Origin: the human T2T-CHM13v2.0 reference genome, Homo sapiens
DNA: 64,000 nt
Direction: 5' to 3' (one strand)
Assembly (NCBI RefSeq): GCF_009914755.1
Contig: NC_060948.1
The notes under the pieces are model-generated. The model worked only from the letters and a program-made list of their open reading frames with translations, was not told the DNA's origin and searched no databases. Numbering within the stretch: position 1 is the stretch's first letter; every line of letters starts with the position of its first letter. Position numbers and translations under genes: made by a program. Shown one piece after another: positions 12,101 through 27,100 of this stretch.

Positions 12101-15100
12101 AAAGAAATGGAATCGAAGAGAATGGAAACAAATGGAATGCAATTGAATGGAATGGAATTGAATGGAATGGGAACGAATGGAGTGAAATTGTATGCAGTAG
12201 AAGGGAATAGAATGGAATGTAAGCGAAAGGAAAGGAATGGATTGGAATGGAATGGAATTCATTGGAATGGAAGGGAATGTAGTGTAATGGACAGGCCTGG
12301 AATAAAGTGGAATGCTACGGTCTCGAATGGAATAAAAATGTATGGAATGGAATGCAAAGAAACGGAATCGAATGTCATAGAATGTAATGGAATGCAAAAA
12401 AATGGAATCCAAAATCATTGACTGGAAAGGCTGGGTGTCGAAAGGAATTGACTCCAATGGAATGGAATCGAATGGAATGGAAGTGAATAGAATCGAACTA
12501 AATCGAATGGAATGGAATTGATAGGAACGGAATGGAAAGGAATGCAATGATTTGGCATGGAATGGAATCGAATGGCATCGAATGGAATGGAATGGAATGC
12601 AATGGAATGGAATGTATTAGAATGTAATGAACTTTAATGGAATGTACTCGAATGGATTCGACTGGAATGGAATGTTCTGGAAGTGAATGGACTCCAATGG
12701 AATGGATTCAAAAGGAATGGAATCGTACGGAATGGAATCTAATGGAATGGAATTAAATGGAAATGAATCAAATTGAATAGCACGGAATTGAATTGAATGG
12801 AATGGAATGCAATGGAATCTAATGAAACGGAAAGGAAAGGAATGGAATGGAATGGAATGGGCTGGAATGGAAAGGAATCGAAACGAATGGAATGGAATCG
12901 AACTGAAGAGACTGGAATGGAATGCACTGGAATGGAAGGGAGTGTAATGGAAGGTTCTCGAAAAAAATGGAATCGAATGGAATGGAATTGAATGGAACGG
13001 AATAGAGTCGAATGGAATTGAATGGAATGGAATGGACTAGAGTGAAATGGAATCGAACCACAAGGAATGGACAGGAATAGAATGGTCTCGAATTGAATGG
13101 AATCGTATGGAATGGCATCAAACGGAATGGAATGGACAGCCACGGAATGGAATGCACTCGAATGCAATGGAGTCGAAACTAATGGACTGGAATAGAATGG
13201 ACTCGACTGGTACGGACTCCAATGGAATGGAATCGAATGGAAGGGAATCGAACGGAATGGACTCGAAGGGAAAAGACTGCAATGGAAAGGTCTCGAATGG
13301 AATGGAAATTAATGGAATGGAATGGAATCGAATGAAATGGAGTCAAAAGGAATGGAATCGAATGGCAAGAAATCGAATGTAATGGAATCGCAAGGAATTG
13401 ATGTGAACGGAACGGAATGGAATGGAATCCAAAGGAATGGAATAGAATGGAATGGAATCGAATGGAAAGGACTCGAATGGAAATCACTCGAATAGAATGC
13501 AATTTAATAAAATAGGATCAAATGTAATGGAATGGAATGGAAAGGAATCGAAACGAAAGGAATGGAGACAGATGGAATGGAATGGAACAGAGAGCAATGG
13601 TATAGAATGGAATGGAATCATCTGGAATGGAATTGAATGGAATGGAATAATATGAAATGGAATGGAATGGAATGGAATGGAATGCCCTTGAATTAAATGG
13701 ACTGGAATGGAATGGACTCGAACAGAGTGGAATGGAAAGTGTTGAGATAGAATGGAATGGACTCCTTTGAAATGGTGTAGTATGCAATGCAATCGACTGG
13801 CAGGGAATCAAAAGGAATGTAATCGAATGGATTGGACTGGAATGCAATGGACTCGAATAGATTGGAAACGGAATGCAAAGGAATGGAATGGAATAGTATG
13901 GAATGGAATGGAAAGGAATGGAGTGGAATAGACTAGAGTGGAATGGAATGGACTGGAAAGCAATGGACTGGAATGGAACTTTCTTGAATGGACTGGAATC
14001 AAACGGAATGGAATGCAATGCAATCAAATGGCATGGAATAAAATAGAATGAAAGAGAATCAAATGGAATTGAATCGAATGGAATCGAATGGATTGGAAAG
14101 GAATAGAATGGAATGGAATGGAATTGACTCAAATGGAATGGACTAGAATGGAATGGATTCGAATGGAAGGCAAAGGAATGGAATCTATTGGAATGGACTG
14201 TAATGGAATGGAATGGAAGGGATTGGAATGGACTCGAATGGAATGGACTGCAATAGAAAGGATTCGAATGGAATGAAAAAGAATTGAATGGTATAGAACA
14301 GAATGGAATCAAATCGAATGAAATGGAATGGAATAGAAAGGAATGGAATGAAATGGAATGGAAAGGATTCGAATGGAATGCAATCGAATGGAATGGAATC
14401 GAACGGAATGGAATAAAATGGAAGAAAACTGGCAAGAAATGGAATCGAAATGAATGGAGTGTTATGGAACGGACTCAAAAGGAATTGAATGTAATAGAAT
14501 GGAGTGGAGTGGACTCGAATATAATGGACTGGAATGGAATGAAATCACATGGAATGGGAACGAATGGAATGGAATGGAAAGGAATGGAATCGAATGGAAA
14601 GGAATCGAATGGAAGGGAATGAAATTGAATCAACAGAAATGGAAGGGAATAGAATAGACGGTAATGGAATGGACTCGAATAGAATGGACACGAATGCTCA
14701 AATTGAATGGACTCGAATGGAATGGAAACGAAAGGAATGTCATCGAATGGAATTGAATCGATTGGAATGAAATCGCATAGAATGGAGTGGAATCAAATGG
14801 AATTGAATCGAAAGGAAAGGAAGCGAATGGACTGAAATGAAATGGAATGGAATTGAATGGAAAGTAATGCAATGGAATAGAATGGAACGAAATTTCACGG
14901 AATGGAATCAAACTGAATGGAATCAAATCAATGGAATCAAATCAAATGGAATGGAAAGGAATTGAATGGAGTAGATTGGATTGGATGGGATTGGAATGAA
15001 ATGTATTGGAAAGGACTCGAATTTCATGAAACGGAATGGAATGAATTGGAACGGAATGGACTCGAATGGAATGTAATGTCATGGAATGGCATCAAATGGA

Positions 15101-18100
15101 ATGGCATCAAATGGAATGGAATCGAATGCAATGGAATGCTATGGAATAGAATGGAATGCATTGGAATGGAATGTCCTCTAATGGAATGGATTCGAGTGGA
15201 ATGGAATCGAATATAATGGAGTCGAATGAAATGGAATTGAAAGGAATGGGATCGAATACAATGGAATATACTGGAATGTAATGTAATGAACTCGAATGTA
15301 ATTGACTGGAATGGAATGTACATGAATGGAATGTAATCGAATGGAAAGTAATCCAATGGAATAGAATCTAATGCAATAAAATCGACTCAGATAGAGTAGA
15401 ATGTAATGGAATGGAGTGCAGTGCAATGGAATGGAATGGAATGGAATGCAATGGAATGGAATGGATTGGAATGGAATCGAATGGAATGGGATGGGATGGA
15501 ATGGTATGGAATGGATAGTAATGGACTGGAGTGAAATGGACTGGAAAGGAATGGACTCAAATTGAAAGGGCTCGAAAGGAATGGAGTCAAATGGAATGGT
15601 CTGGAATGGAATGAACACGAATGTAATGCAATCCAATAGAATGGAATCGAATGGCATGGAATATAAAGAAATGGAATCGAAGAGAATGGAAACAAATGGA
15701 ATGGAATTGAATGGAATGGAATTGAATGGAATGGGAACGAATGGAGTGAAATTGTATGCAGTAGAAGGGAATAGAATGGAATGCAAGCGAAAGGAAAGGA
15801 ATGGATTGGAATGGAATGGAATTCATTGGAATGGAAGGGAATGTAGTGTAATGGACAGGCCTGGAATAAAGTGGAATGCTACGGTCTCGAATGGAATAAA
15901 AATGTATGGAATGGAATGCAATGAAACGGAATCGAATGTCATAGAATGTAATGGAATGCAAAAAAATGGAATCCAAAATCATTGACTGGAAAGGCTGGGT
16001 GTCGAAAGGAATTGACTCCAATGGAATGGAATCGAATGGAATGGAAGTGAATAGAATCGAACTAAATCGAATGGAATGGAATTGATAGGAACGGAATGGA
16101 AAGGAATGCAATGATTTGGCATGGAATGGAATCGAATGGCATCGAATGGAATGGAATGGAATGCAATGGAATGGAATGTATTAGAATGTAATGAACTTTA
16201 ATGGAATGTACTCGAATGGATTCGACTGGAATGGAATGTTCTGGAAGTGAATGGACTCCAATGGAGTGGATTCAAAAGGAATGGAATCGTACGGAATGGA
16301 ATCTAATGGAATGGAATTAAATGGAAATGAATCAAATTGAATAGCACGGAATTGAATTGAATGGAATCGAATGCAATGGAATCAAATGAAACGGAAAGGA
16401 AAGGAATGGAATGGAATGGAATGGGCTGGAATGGAAAGGAATCGAAACGAATGGAATGGAATCGAACTGAAGAGACTGGAATGGAATGCACTGGAATGGA
16501 AGGGAGTGTAATGGAAGGTTCTCGAAAAAAATGGAATCGAATGGAATGGAATTGAATGGAACGGAATAGAGTCGAATGGAATTGAATGGAATGGAATGGA
16601 CTAGAGTGAAATGGAATCGAACCACAAGGAATGGACAGGAATAGAATGGTCTCGAATTGAATGGAATCGTATGGAATGGCATCAAACGGAATGGAATGGA
16701 CAGCCACGGAATGGAATGCACTCGAATGCAATGGAGTCGAAACTAATGGACTGGAATAGAATGGACTCGACTAGTACGGACTCCAATGGAATGGAATCGA
16801 ATGGAAGGGAATCGATCGGAATGGACTCGAAGGGAAAAGACTGCAATGGAAAGGTCTCGAATGGAATGGAAATTAATGGAATGGAATGGAATCGAATGAA
16901 ATGGAGTCAAAAGGAATGGAATCGAATGGCAAGAAATCGAATGTAATGGAATCGCAAGGAATTGACGTGAACGGAACGGAATGGAATGGAATCCAAAGGA
17001 ATGGAATAGAATGGAATGGAATCGAATGGAAAGGACTCGAATGGAAATCACTCGAATAGAATGCAATTTAATAAAATAGGATCAAATGTAATGGAATGGA
17101 ATGGAAAGGAATGGAAACGAAAGGAATGGAGACAGATGGAATGGAATGGAACAGAGAGCAATGGTATAGAATGGAATGGAATCATCTGGAATGGAATTGA
17201 ATGGAATGGAATAATATGAAATGGAATGGAATGGAATGGAATGGAATGCCCTTGAATTAAATGGACTGGAATGGAATGGACTCGAACAGAGTGGAATGGA
17301 AAGTGTTGAGATAGAATGGAATGGACTCCTTTGGAATGGTGTAGTATGCAATGCAATCGACTGGCAGGGAATCAAAAGGAATGTAATCGAATGGATTGGA
17401 CTGGAATGCAATGGACTCGAATAGATTGGAAACGGAATGCAAAGGAATGGAATGGAATAGTATGGAATGGAATGGAAAGGAATGGAGTGGAATAGACTAG
17501 AGTGGAATGGAATGGACTGGAAAGCAATGGACTGGACTGGAACTTTCTTGAATGGACTGGAATCAAACGGAATGGAATGCAATGCAATCAAAAGGCATGG
17601 AATAAAATAGAATGAAAGAGAATCAAATGGAATTGAATCGAATGGAATCGAATGGATTGGAAAGGATTAGAATGGAATGGAATGGAATTGACTCAAATGG
17701 AATGGACTAGAATGGAATGGATTCGAATGGAAGGCAAAGGAATGGAATCTATTGGAATGGACTGTAATGGAATGGAATGGAAGGGATTGGAATGGACTCG
17801 AATGGAATGGACTGCAATAGAAAGGATTCGAATGGAATGAAAAAGAATTGAATGGAATAGAACAGAATGGAATCAAATCGAATGAAATGGAATGGAATAG
17901 AAAGGAATGGAATGAAATGGAATGGAAAGGATTCGAATGGAATGCAATCGAATGGAATGGAATCGAACGGAATGGAATAAAATGGAAGAAAACTGGCAAG
18001 AAATGGAATCGAAATGAATGGAGTGTTATGGAACGGACTCAAAAGGAATTGAATGTAATAGAATGGAGTGGAGTGGACTCGAATATAATGGACTGGAATG

Positions 18101-21100
18101 GAATGAAATCACATGGAATGGGAACGAATGGAATGGAATGGAAAGGAATGGAATCGAATGGAAAGGAATCGAATGGAAGGGAATGAAATTGAATCAACAG
18201 GAATGGAAGGGAATAGAATAGACGGTAATGGAATGGACTCGAATAGAATGGACACGAATGCTCAAATTGAATGGACTCGAATGGAATGGAAACGAAAGGA
18301 ATGTCATCGAATGGAATTGAATCGATTGGAATGAAATCGCATAGAATGGAGTGGAATCAAATGGAATTGAATCGAAAGGAAAGGAAGCGAATGGACTGAA
18401 ATGAAATGGAATGGAATTGAATGGAAAGTAATGCAATGGAATAGAATGGAACGAAATTTCACGGAATGGAATCAAACTGAATGGAATCAAACCAATGGAA
18501 TCAAATCAAATGGAATGGAAAGGAATTGAATGGAGTAGATTGGATTGGATGGGATTGGAATGAAATGTACTGGAAAGGACTCGAATTTCATGAAACGGAA
18601 TGGAATGAATTGGAACGGAATGGACTCGAATGGAATGGAATGTCATGGAATGGCATCAAATGGAATGGCATCAAATGGAATGGAATCGAATGCAATGGAA
18701 TGCTATGGAATGGAATGGAATGCATTTTAATGGAATGTCCTCTAATGGAATGGATTCGAGTGGAATGGAATCGAATATAATGGAGTCGAATGAAATGGAA
18801 TTGAAAGGAATGGGATCGAATACAATGGAATATACTGGAATGTAATGTAATGAACTCGAATGTAATTGACTGGAATGGAATGTACATGAATGGAATGTAA
18901 TCGAATGGAAAGTAATCCAATGGAATAGAATCTAATGCAATAAAATCGACTCAGATAGAGTAGAATGTAATGGAATGGAGTGCAGTGCAATGGAATGGAA
19001 TGGAATGGAATGCAATGGAATGGAATGGAATGGAATGGAATGGAATGGAATGGAATGTGATGGGATGGAATGGTATGGAATGGATAGTAATGGACTGGAG
19101 GGAAATGGACTGGAAAGGAATGGACTCAAATTGAAAGGGCTCGAAAGGAATGGAGTCAAATGGAATGGTCTGGAATGGAATGAACACGAATGTAATGCAA
19201 TCCAATAGAATGGAATCGAATGGCATGGAATATAAAGAAATGGAATCGAAGAGAATGGAAACAAATGGAATGGAATTGAATGGAATGGAATTGAATGGAA
19301 TGGGAACGAATGGAGTGAAATTGTATGCAGTAGAAGGGAATAGAATGGAATGCAAGCGAAAGGAAAGGAATGGATTGGAATGGAATGGAATTCATTGGAA
19401 TGGAAGGGAATGTCGTGTAATGGACAGGCCTGGAATAAAGTGGAATGCTACGGTCTCGAATGGAATAAAAATGTATGGAATGGAATGCAATGAAACGGAA
19501 TCGACTGTCATAGAATGTAATGGAATGCAAAAAAATGGAATCCAAAATCATTGACTGGAAAGGCTGGGTGTCGAAAGGAATTGACTCCAATGGAATGGAA
19601 TCGAATGGAATGGAAGTGAATAGAATCGAACTAAATCGAATGGAATGGAATTGATAGGAACGGAATGGAAAGGAATGCAATGATTTGGCATGGAATGGAA
19701 TCGAATGGCATCGAATGGAATGGAATGGAATGCAATGGAATGGAATGTATTAGAATGTAATGAACTTTAATGGAATGTACTCGAATGGATTCGACTGGAA
19801 TGGAATGTTCTGGAAGTGAATGGACTCCAATGGAATGGATTCAAAAGGAATGGAATCGTACGGAATGGAATCTAATGGAATGGAATTAAATGGAAATGAA
19901 TCAAATTGAATAGCACGGAATTGAATTGAATGGAATGGAATGCAATGGAATCTAATGAAACGGAAAGGAAAGGAATGGAATGGAATGGAATGGGCTGGAA
20001 TGGAAAGGAATCGAAACGAATGGAATGGAATCGAACTGAAGAGACTGGAATGGAATGCACTGGAATGGAAGGGAGTGTAATGGAAGGTTCTCGAAAAAAA
20101 TGGAATCGAATGGAATGGAATTGAATGGAACGGAATAGAGTCGAATGGAATTGAATGGAATGGAATGGACTAGAGTGAAATGGAATCGAACCACAAGGAA
20201 TGGACAGGAATAGAATGGTCTCGAATTGAATGGAATCGTATGGAATGGCATCAAACGGAATGGAATGGACAGCCACGGAATGGAATGCACTCGAATGCAA
20301 TGGAGTCGAAACTAATGGACTGGAATAGAATGGACTCGACTGGTACGGACTCCAATGGAATGGAATCGAATGGAAGGGAATCGAACGGAATGGACTCGAA
20401 GGGAAAAGACTGCAATGGAAAGGTCTCGAATGGAATGGAAATTAATGGAATGGAATCGAATGAAATGGAGTCAAAAGGAATGGAATCGAATGGCAAGAAA
20501 TCGAATGTAATGGAATCGCAAGGAATTGATGTGAACGGAACGGAATGGAATGGAATCCAAAGGAATGGAATAGAATGGAATGGAATCGAATGGAAAGGAC
20601 TCGAATGGAAATCACTCGAATAGAATGCAATTTAATAAAATAGGATCAAATGTAATGGAATGGAATGGAAAGGAATCGAAACGAAAGGAATGGAGACAGA
20701 TGGAATGGAATGGAACAGAGAGCAATGGTATAGAATGGAATGGAATCATCTGGAATGGAATTGAATGGAATGGAATAATATGAAATGGAATGGAATGGAA
20801 TGGAATGGAATGGAATGCCCTTGAATTAAATGGACTGGAATGGAATGGACTCGAACAGAGTGGAATGGAAAGCGTTGAGATAGAATGGAATGGACTCCTT
20901 TGGAATGGTGTAGTATGCAATGCAATCGACTGGCAGGGAATCAAAAGGAATGTAATCGAATGGATTGGACTGGAATGCAATGGACTCGAATAGATTGGAA
21001 ACGGAATGCAAAGGAATGGAATGGAATAGTATGGAATGGAATGGAAAGGAATGGAGTGGAATAGACTAGAGTGGAATGGAATGGACTGGAAAGCAATGGA

Positions 21101-24100
21101 CTGGAATGGAACTTTCTTGAATGGACTGGAATCAAACGGAATGGAATGCAATGCAATCAAATGGCATGGAATAAAATAGAATGAAAGAGAATCAAATGGA
21201 ATTGAATCGAATGGAATCGAATGGATTGGAAAGGAATAGAATGGAATGGAATGGAGTTGACTCAAATGGAATGGACTAGAATGGAATGGATTCGAATGGA
21301 AGGCAAAGGAATGGAATCTATTGGAATGGACTGTAATGGAATGGAATGGAAGGGATTGGAATGGACTCGAATGGAATGGACTGCAATAGAAAGGATTCGA
21401 ATGGAATGAAAAAGAATTGAATGGAATAGAACAGAATGGAATCAAATCGAATGAAATGGAATGGAATAGAAAGGAATGGAATGAAATGGAATGGAAAGGA
21501 TTCGAATGGAATGCAATCGAATGGAATGGAATCGAACGGAATGGAATAAAATGGAAAAAAACTGGCAAGAAATGGAATCGAAATGAATGGAGTGTTATGG
21601 AACGGACTCAAAAGGAATTGAATGTAATAGAATGGAGTGGAGTGGACTCGAATATAATGGACTGGAATGGAATGAAATCACATGGAATGGGAACGAATGG
21701 AATGGAATGGAAAGGAATGGAATCGAATGGAAAGGAATCGAATGGAAGGGAATGAAATTGAATCAACAGGAATGGAAGGGAATAGAATAGACGGTAATGG
21801 AATGGACTCGAATAGAATGGACACGAATGCTCAAATTCAATGGACTCGAATGGAATGGAAACGAAAGGAATGACATCGAATGGAATTGAATCGATTGGAA
21901 TGAAATCACATAGAATGGAGTGGAATCAAATGGAATTGAATCGAAAGGAAAGAAGCGAATGGACTGAAATGAAATGGAATGGAATTGAATGGAAAGTAAT
22001 GCAATGGAATAGAATGGAACGAATTTTCACGGAATGGAATCAAACTGAATGGAATCAAATCAATGGAATCAAATCAAATGGAATGGAAAGGAATTGAATG
22101 GAGTAGATTGGATTGGATGGGATTGGAATGAAATGTATTGGAAAGGACTCGAATTTCATGAAACGGAATGGAATGAATTGTAACGGAATGGACTCGAATG
22201 GAATGGAATGTCATGGAATGGCATCAAATGGAATGGCATCAAATGGAATGGAATCGAATGCAATGGAATGCTATGGAATGGAATGGAATGCATTGGAATG
22301 GAATGTCCTGTAATGGAATGGATTCGAGTGGAATGGAATCGAATATAATGGAGTCGAATGAAATGGAATTGAAAGGAATGGGATCGAATAGAATGGAATA
22401 TACTGGAATGTAATGTAATGAACTCGAATGTAATTGACTGGAATGGAATGTACATGAATGGAATGTAATCGAATGGAAAGTAATCCAATGGAATAGAATC
22501 TAATGCAATAAAATCGACTCAGATAGAGTAGAATGTAATGGAATGGAGTGCAGTGCAATGGAATGGAATGGAATTGAATGCAATGGAATGGAATGGAGTG
22601 GAATGGAATGGAATGGGATGGTATGGTATGGAATGGATAGTAATGGACTGGAGTGAAATGGACTGGAAAGGAATGGACTCAAATTGAAAGGGCTCGAAAG
22701 GAATGGAGTCAAATGGAATGGTCTGGAATGGAATGAACACGAATGTAATGCAATCCAATACAATGGAATCGAATGGCATGGAATATAAAGAAATGGAATC
22801 GAAGAGAATGGAAACAAATGGAATGGAATTGAATGGAATGGAATTGAATGGAATGGGAACGAATGGAGTGAAATTGTATGCAGTAGAAGGGAATAGAATG
22901 GAATGCAAGCGAAAGGAAAGGAATGGATTGGAATGGAATGGAATTCATTGGAATGGAAGGGAATGTAGTGTAATGGACAGGCCTGGAATAAAGTGGAATG
23001 CTACGGTCTCGAATGGAATAAAAATGTATGGAATGGAATGCAATGAAACGGAATCGAATGTCATAGAATGTAATGGAATGCAAAAAAATGGAATCCAAAA
23101 TCATTGACTGGAAAGGCTGGGTGTCGGAAGGAATTGACTCCAATGGAATGGAATCGAATGGAATGGAAGTGAATAGAATCGAACTAAATCGAATGGAATG
23201 GAATTGATAGGAACGGAATGGAAAGGAATGCAATGATTTGGCATGGAATGGAATCGAATGGCATCGAATTAAATGGAATGGAATGCAATGGAATGGAATG
23301 TATTAGAATGTAATGAACTTTAATGGAATGTACTCGAATGGATTCGACTGGAATGGAATGTTCTGGAAGTGAATGGACTCCAATGGAATGGATTCAAAAG
23401 GAATGGAATCGTACGGAATGGAATCTAATGGAATGGAATTAAATGGAAATGAATCAAATTGAATAGCACGGAATTGAATTGAATGGAATGGAATGCAATG
23501 GAATCTAATGAAACGGAAAGGAAAGGAATGGAATGGAATGGAATGGGCTGGAATGGAAAGGAATCGAAACGAATGGAATGGAATCGAAGTGAAGAGACTG
23601 GAATGGAATGCACTGGAATGGAAGGGAGTGTAATGGAAGGTTCTCGAAAAAAATGGAATCGAATGGAATGGAATTGAATGGAACGGAATAGAGTCGAATG
23701 GAATTGAATGGAATGGAATGGACTAGAGTGAAATGGAATCGAACCACAAGGAATGGACAGGAATAGAATGGTCTCGAATTGAATGGAATCGTATGGAATG
23801 GCATCAAACGGAATGGAATGGACAGCCACGGAATGGAATGCACTCGAATGCAATGGAGTCGAAACTAATGGACTGGAATAGAATGGACTCGACTGGTACG
23901 GACTCCAATGGAATGGAATCGAATGGAAGGGAATCGAACGGAATGGACTCGAAGGGAAAAGACTGCAATGGAAAGGTCTCGAATGGAATGGAAATTAATG
24001 GAATGGAATCGAATGAAATGGAGTCAAAAGGAATGGAATCGAATGGCAAGAAATCGAATGTAATGGAATCGCAAGGAATTGATGTGAACGGAACGGAATG

Positions 24101-27100
24101 GAATGGAATCCAAAGGAATGGAATAGAATGGAATGGAATCGAATGGAAAGGACTCGAATGGAAATCACTCGAATAGAATGCAATTTAATAAAATAGGATC
24201 AAATGTAATGGAATGGAATGGAAAGGAATCGAAACGAAAGGAATGGAGACAGATGGAATGGAATGGAACAGAGAGCAATGGTATAGAATGGAATGGAATC
24301 ATCTGGAATGGAATTGAATGGAATGGAATAATATGAAATGGAATGGAATGGAACGGAATGGAATGCCCTTGAATTAAATGGACTGGAATGGAATGGACTC
24401 GAACAGAGTGGAATGGAAAGTGTTGAGATAGAATGGAATGGACTCCTTTGGAATGGTGTAGTATGCAATGCAATCGACTGGCAGGGAATCAAAAGGAATG
24501 TAATGGAATGGATTGGACTGGAATGCAATGGACTCGAATAGATTGGAAACGGAATGCAAAGGAATGGAATGGAATAGTATGGAATGGAATGGAAAGGAAT
24601 GGAGTGGAATAGACTAGAGTGGAATGGAATGGACTGGAAAGCAATGGACTGGAATGGAACTTTCTTGAATGGACTGGAATCAAACGGAATGGAATGCAAT
24701 GCAATCAAATGGCATGGAATAAAATAGAATGAAAGAGAATCAAATGGAATTGAATCGAATGGAATCGAATGGATTGGAAAGGAATAGAATGGAATGGAAT
24801 GGAATTGACTCAAATGGAATAGACTAGAATGGAATGGATTCGAATGGAAGGCAAAGGAATGGAATCTATTGGAATGGACTGTAACGGAATGGAATGGAAG
24901 GGATTGGAATGGACTCGAATGGAATGGACTGCAATAGAAAGGATTCGAATGGAATGAAAAAGAATTGAATGGAATAGAACAGAATGGAATCAAATCGAAT
25001 GAAATGGAATGGAATAGAAAGGAATGGAATGAAATGGAATGGAAAGGATTCGAATGGAATGCAATTGAATGGAATGGAATCGAACGGAATGGAATAAAAT
25101 GGAAAAAAACTGGCAAGAAATGGAATCGAAATGAATGGAGTGTTATGGAACGGACTCAAAAGGAATTGAATGTAATAGAATGGAGTGGAGTGGACTCGAA
25201 TATAATGGACTGGAATGGAATGAAATCACATGGAATGGGAACGAATGGAATGGAATGGAAAGGAATGGAATCGAGTGGAAAGGAATCGAATGGAAGGGAA
25301 TGAAATTGAATCAACAGGAATGGAAGGGAATAGAATAGACGGTAATGGAATGGACTCGAATAGAATGGACACGAATGCTCAAATTCAGTGGACTCGAATG
25401 GAATGGAAACGAAAGGAATGACATCGAATGGAATTGAATCGATTGGAATGAAATCACATAGAATGGAGTGGAATCAAATGGAATTGAATCGAAAGGAAAG
25501 GAAGCGAATGGACTGAAATGAAATGGAATGGAATTGAATGGAAAGTAATGCAATGGAATAGAATGGAACGAAATTTCACGGAATGGAATCAAACTGAATG
25601 GAATCAAATCAATGGAATCTAATCAAATGGAATGGAAAGGAATTGAATGGAGTAGATTTGATTGGATGGGATTGGAATGAAATGTATTGGAAAGGACTCG
25701 AATTTCATGAAACGGAATGGAATGAATTGGAACGGAATGGACTCGAATGGAATGGAATGTCATGGAATGGCATCAAATGGAATGGCATCAAATGGAATGG
25801 AATCGAATGCAATGGAATGCTATGGAATGGAATGGAATGCATTGGAATGGAATGTCCTCTAATGGAATGGATTCGAGTGGAATGGAATCGAATATAATGG
25901 AGTCGAATGAAATGGAATTGAAAGGAATGGGATCGAATAGAATGGAATATACTGGAATGTAATGTAATGAACTCGAATGTAATTGACTGGAATGGAATGT
26001 ACATGAATGGAATGTAATCGAATGGAAAGTAATCCAATGGAATAGAATCTAATGCAATAAAATCGACTCAGATAGAGTAGAATGTAATGGAATGGAGTGC
26101 AGTGCAATGGAATGGAATGGAATTGAATGCAATGGAATGGAATGGAGTGGAATGGAATGGAATGGGATGGAATGGTATGGAATGGATAGTAATGGACTGG
26201 AGTGAAATGGACTGGAAAGGAATGGACTCAAATTGAAAGGGCTCGAAAGGAATGGAGTCAAATGGAATGGTCTGGAATGGAATGAACACGAATGTAATGC
26301 AATCCAATAGAATGGAATCGAATGGCATGGAATATAAAGAAATGGATTCGAAGAGAATGGAAACAAATGGTATGGAATTGAATGGAATGGAATTGAATGG
26401 AATGGGAACGAATGGAGTGAAATTGTATGCAGTAGAAGGGAATAGAATGGAATGCAAGCGAAAGGAAAGGAATGGATTGGAATGGAATGGAATTCATTGG
26501 AATGGAAGGGAATGTAGTGTAATGGACAGGCCTGGAATAAAGTGGAATGCTACGGTCTCGAATGGAATAAAAATGTATGGAATGCAATGCAATGAAACGG
26601 AATCGAATGTCATAGAATGTAATGGAATGCAAAAAAATGGAATCCAAAATCATTGACTGGAAAGGCTGGGTGTCGAAAGGAATTGACTCCAATGGAATGG
26701 AATCGAATGGAATGGAAGTGAATAGAATCGAACTAAATCGAATGGAATGGAATTGATAGGAACGGAATGGAAAGGAATGCAATGATTTTGCATGGAATGG
26801 AATCGAATGGCATCGAATGGAATGGAATGGAATGCAATGGAATGGAATGTATTAGAATGTAATGAACTTTAATGGAATGTACTCGAATGGATTCGACTGG
26901 AATGGAATGTTCTGGAAGTGAATGGACTCCAATGGAATGGATTCAAAAGGAATGGAATCGTACGGAATGGAATCTAATGGAATGGAATTAAATGGAAGTG
27001 AATCAAATTGAATAGCACGGAATTGAATTGAATGGAATCGAATGCAATGGAATCTAATGAAACGGAAAGGAAAGGAATGGAATGGAATGGAATGGGCTGG

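Larger units (their letters stand above)
1..14400 (+). repeat. Two near-identical copies of a ~7.18-kb dimer (monomers 1+2 repeated as 3+4)
   Basis: The ORF track repeats at offset 7182 (85/7267, 3649/10831), becoming 7187 after one extra GGAAT near 11.9 kb. Monomers 1 and 3 share private alleles (ACGAAGGCTC, GAAAAGAATGGGACC, GTATTGTAAT, AAGTTTCTCG). Monomers 2 and 4 share a 34-bp insertion and TATACTGGAG, TGTAAGCG, TGCAAAGAAA, CTTTGAAATGG. Confidence 0.9.
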
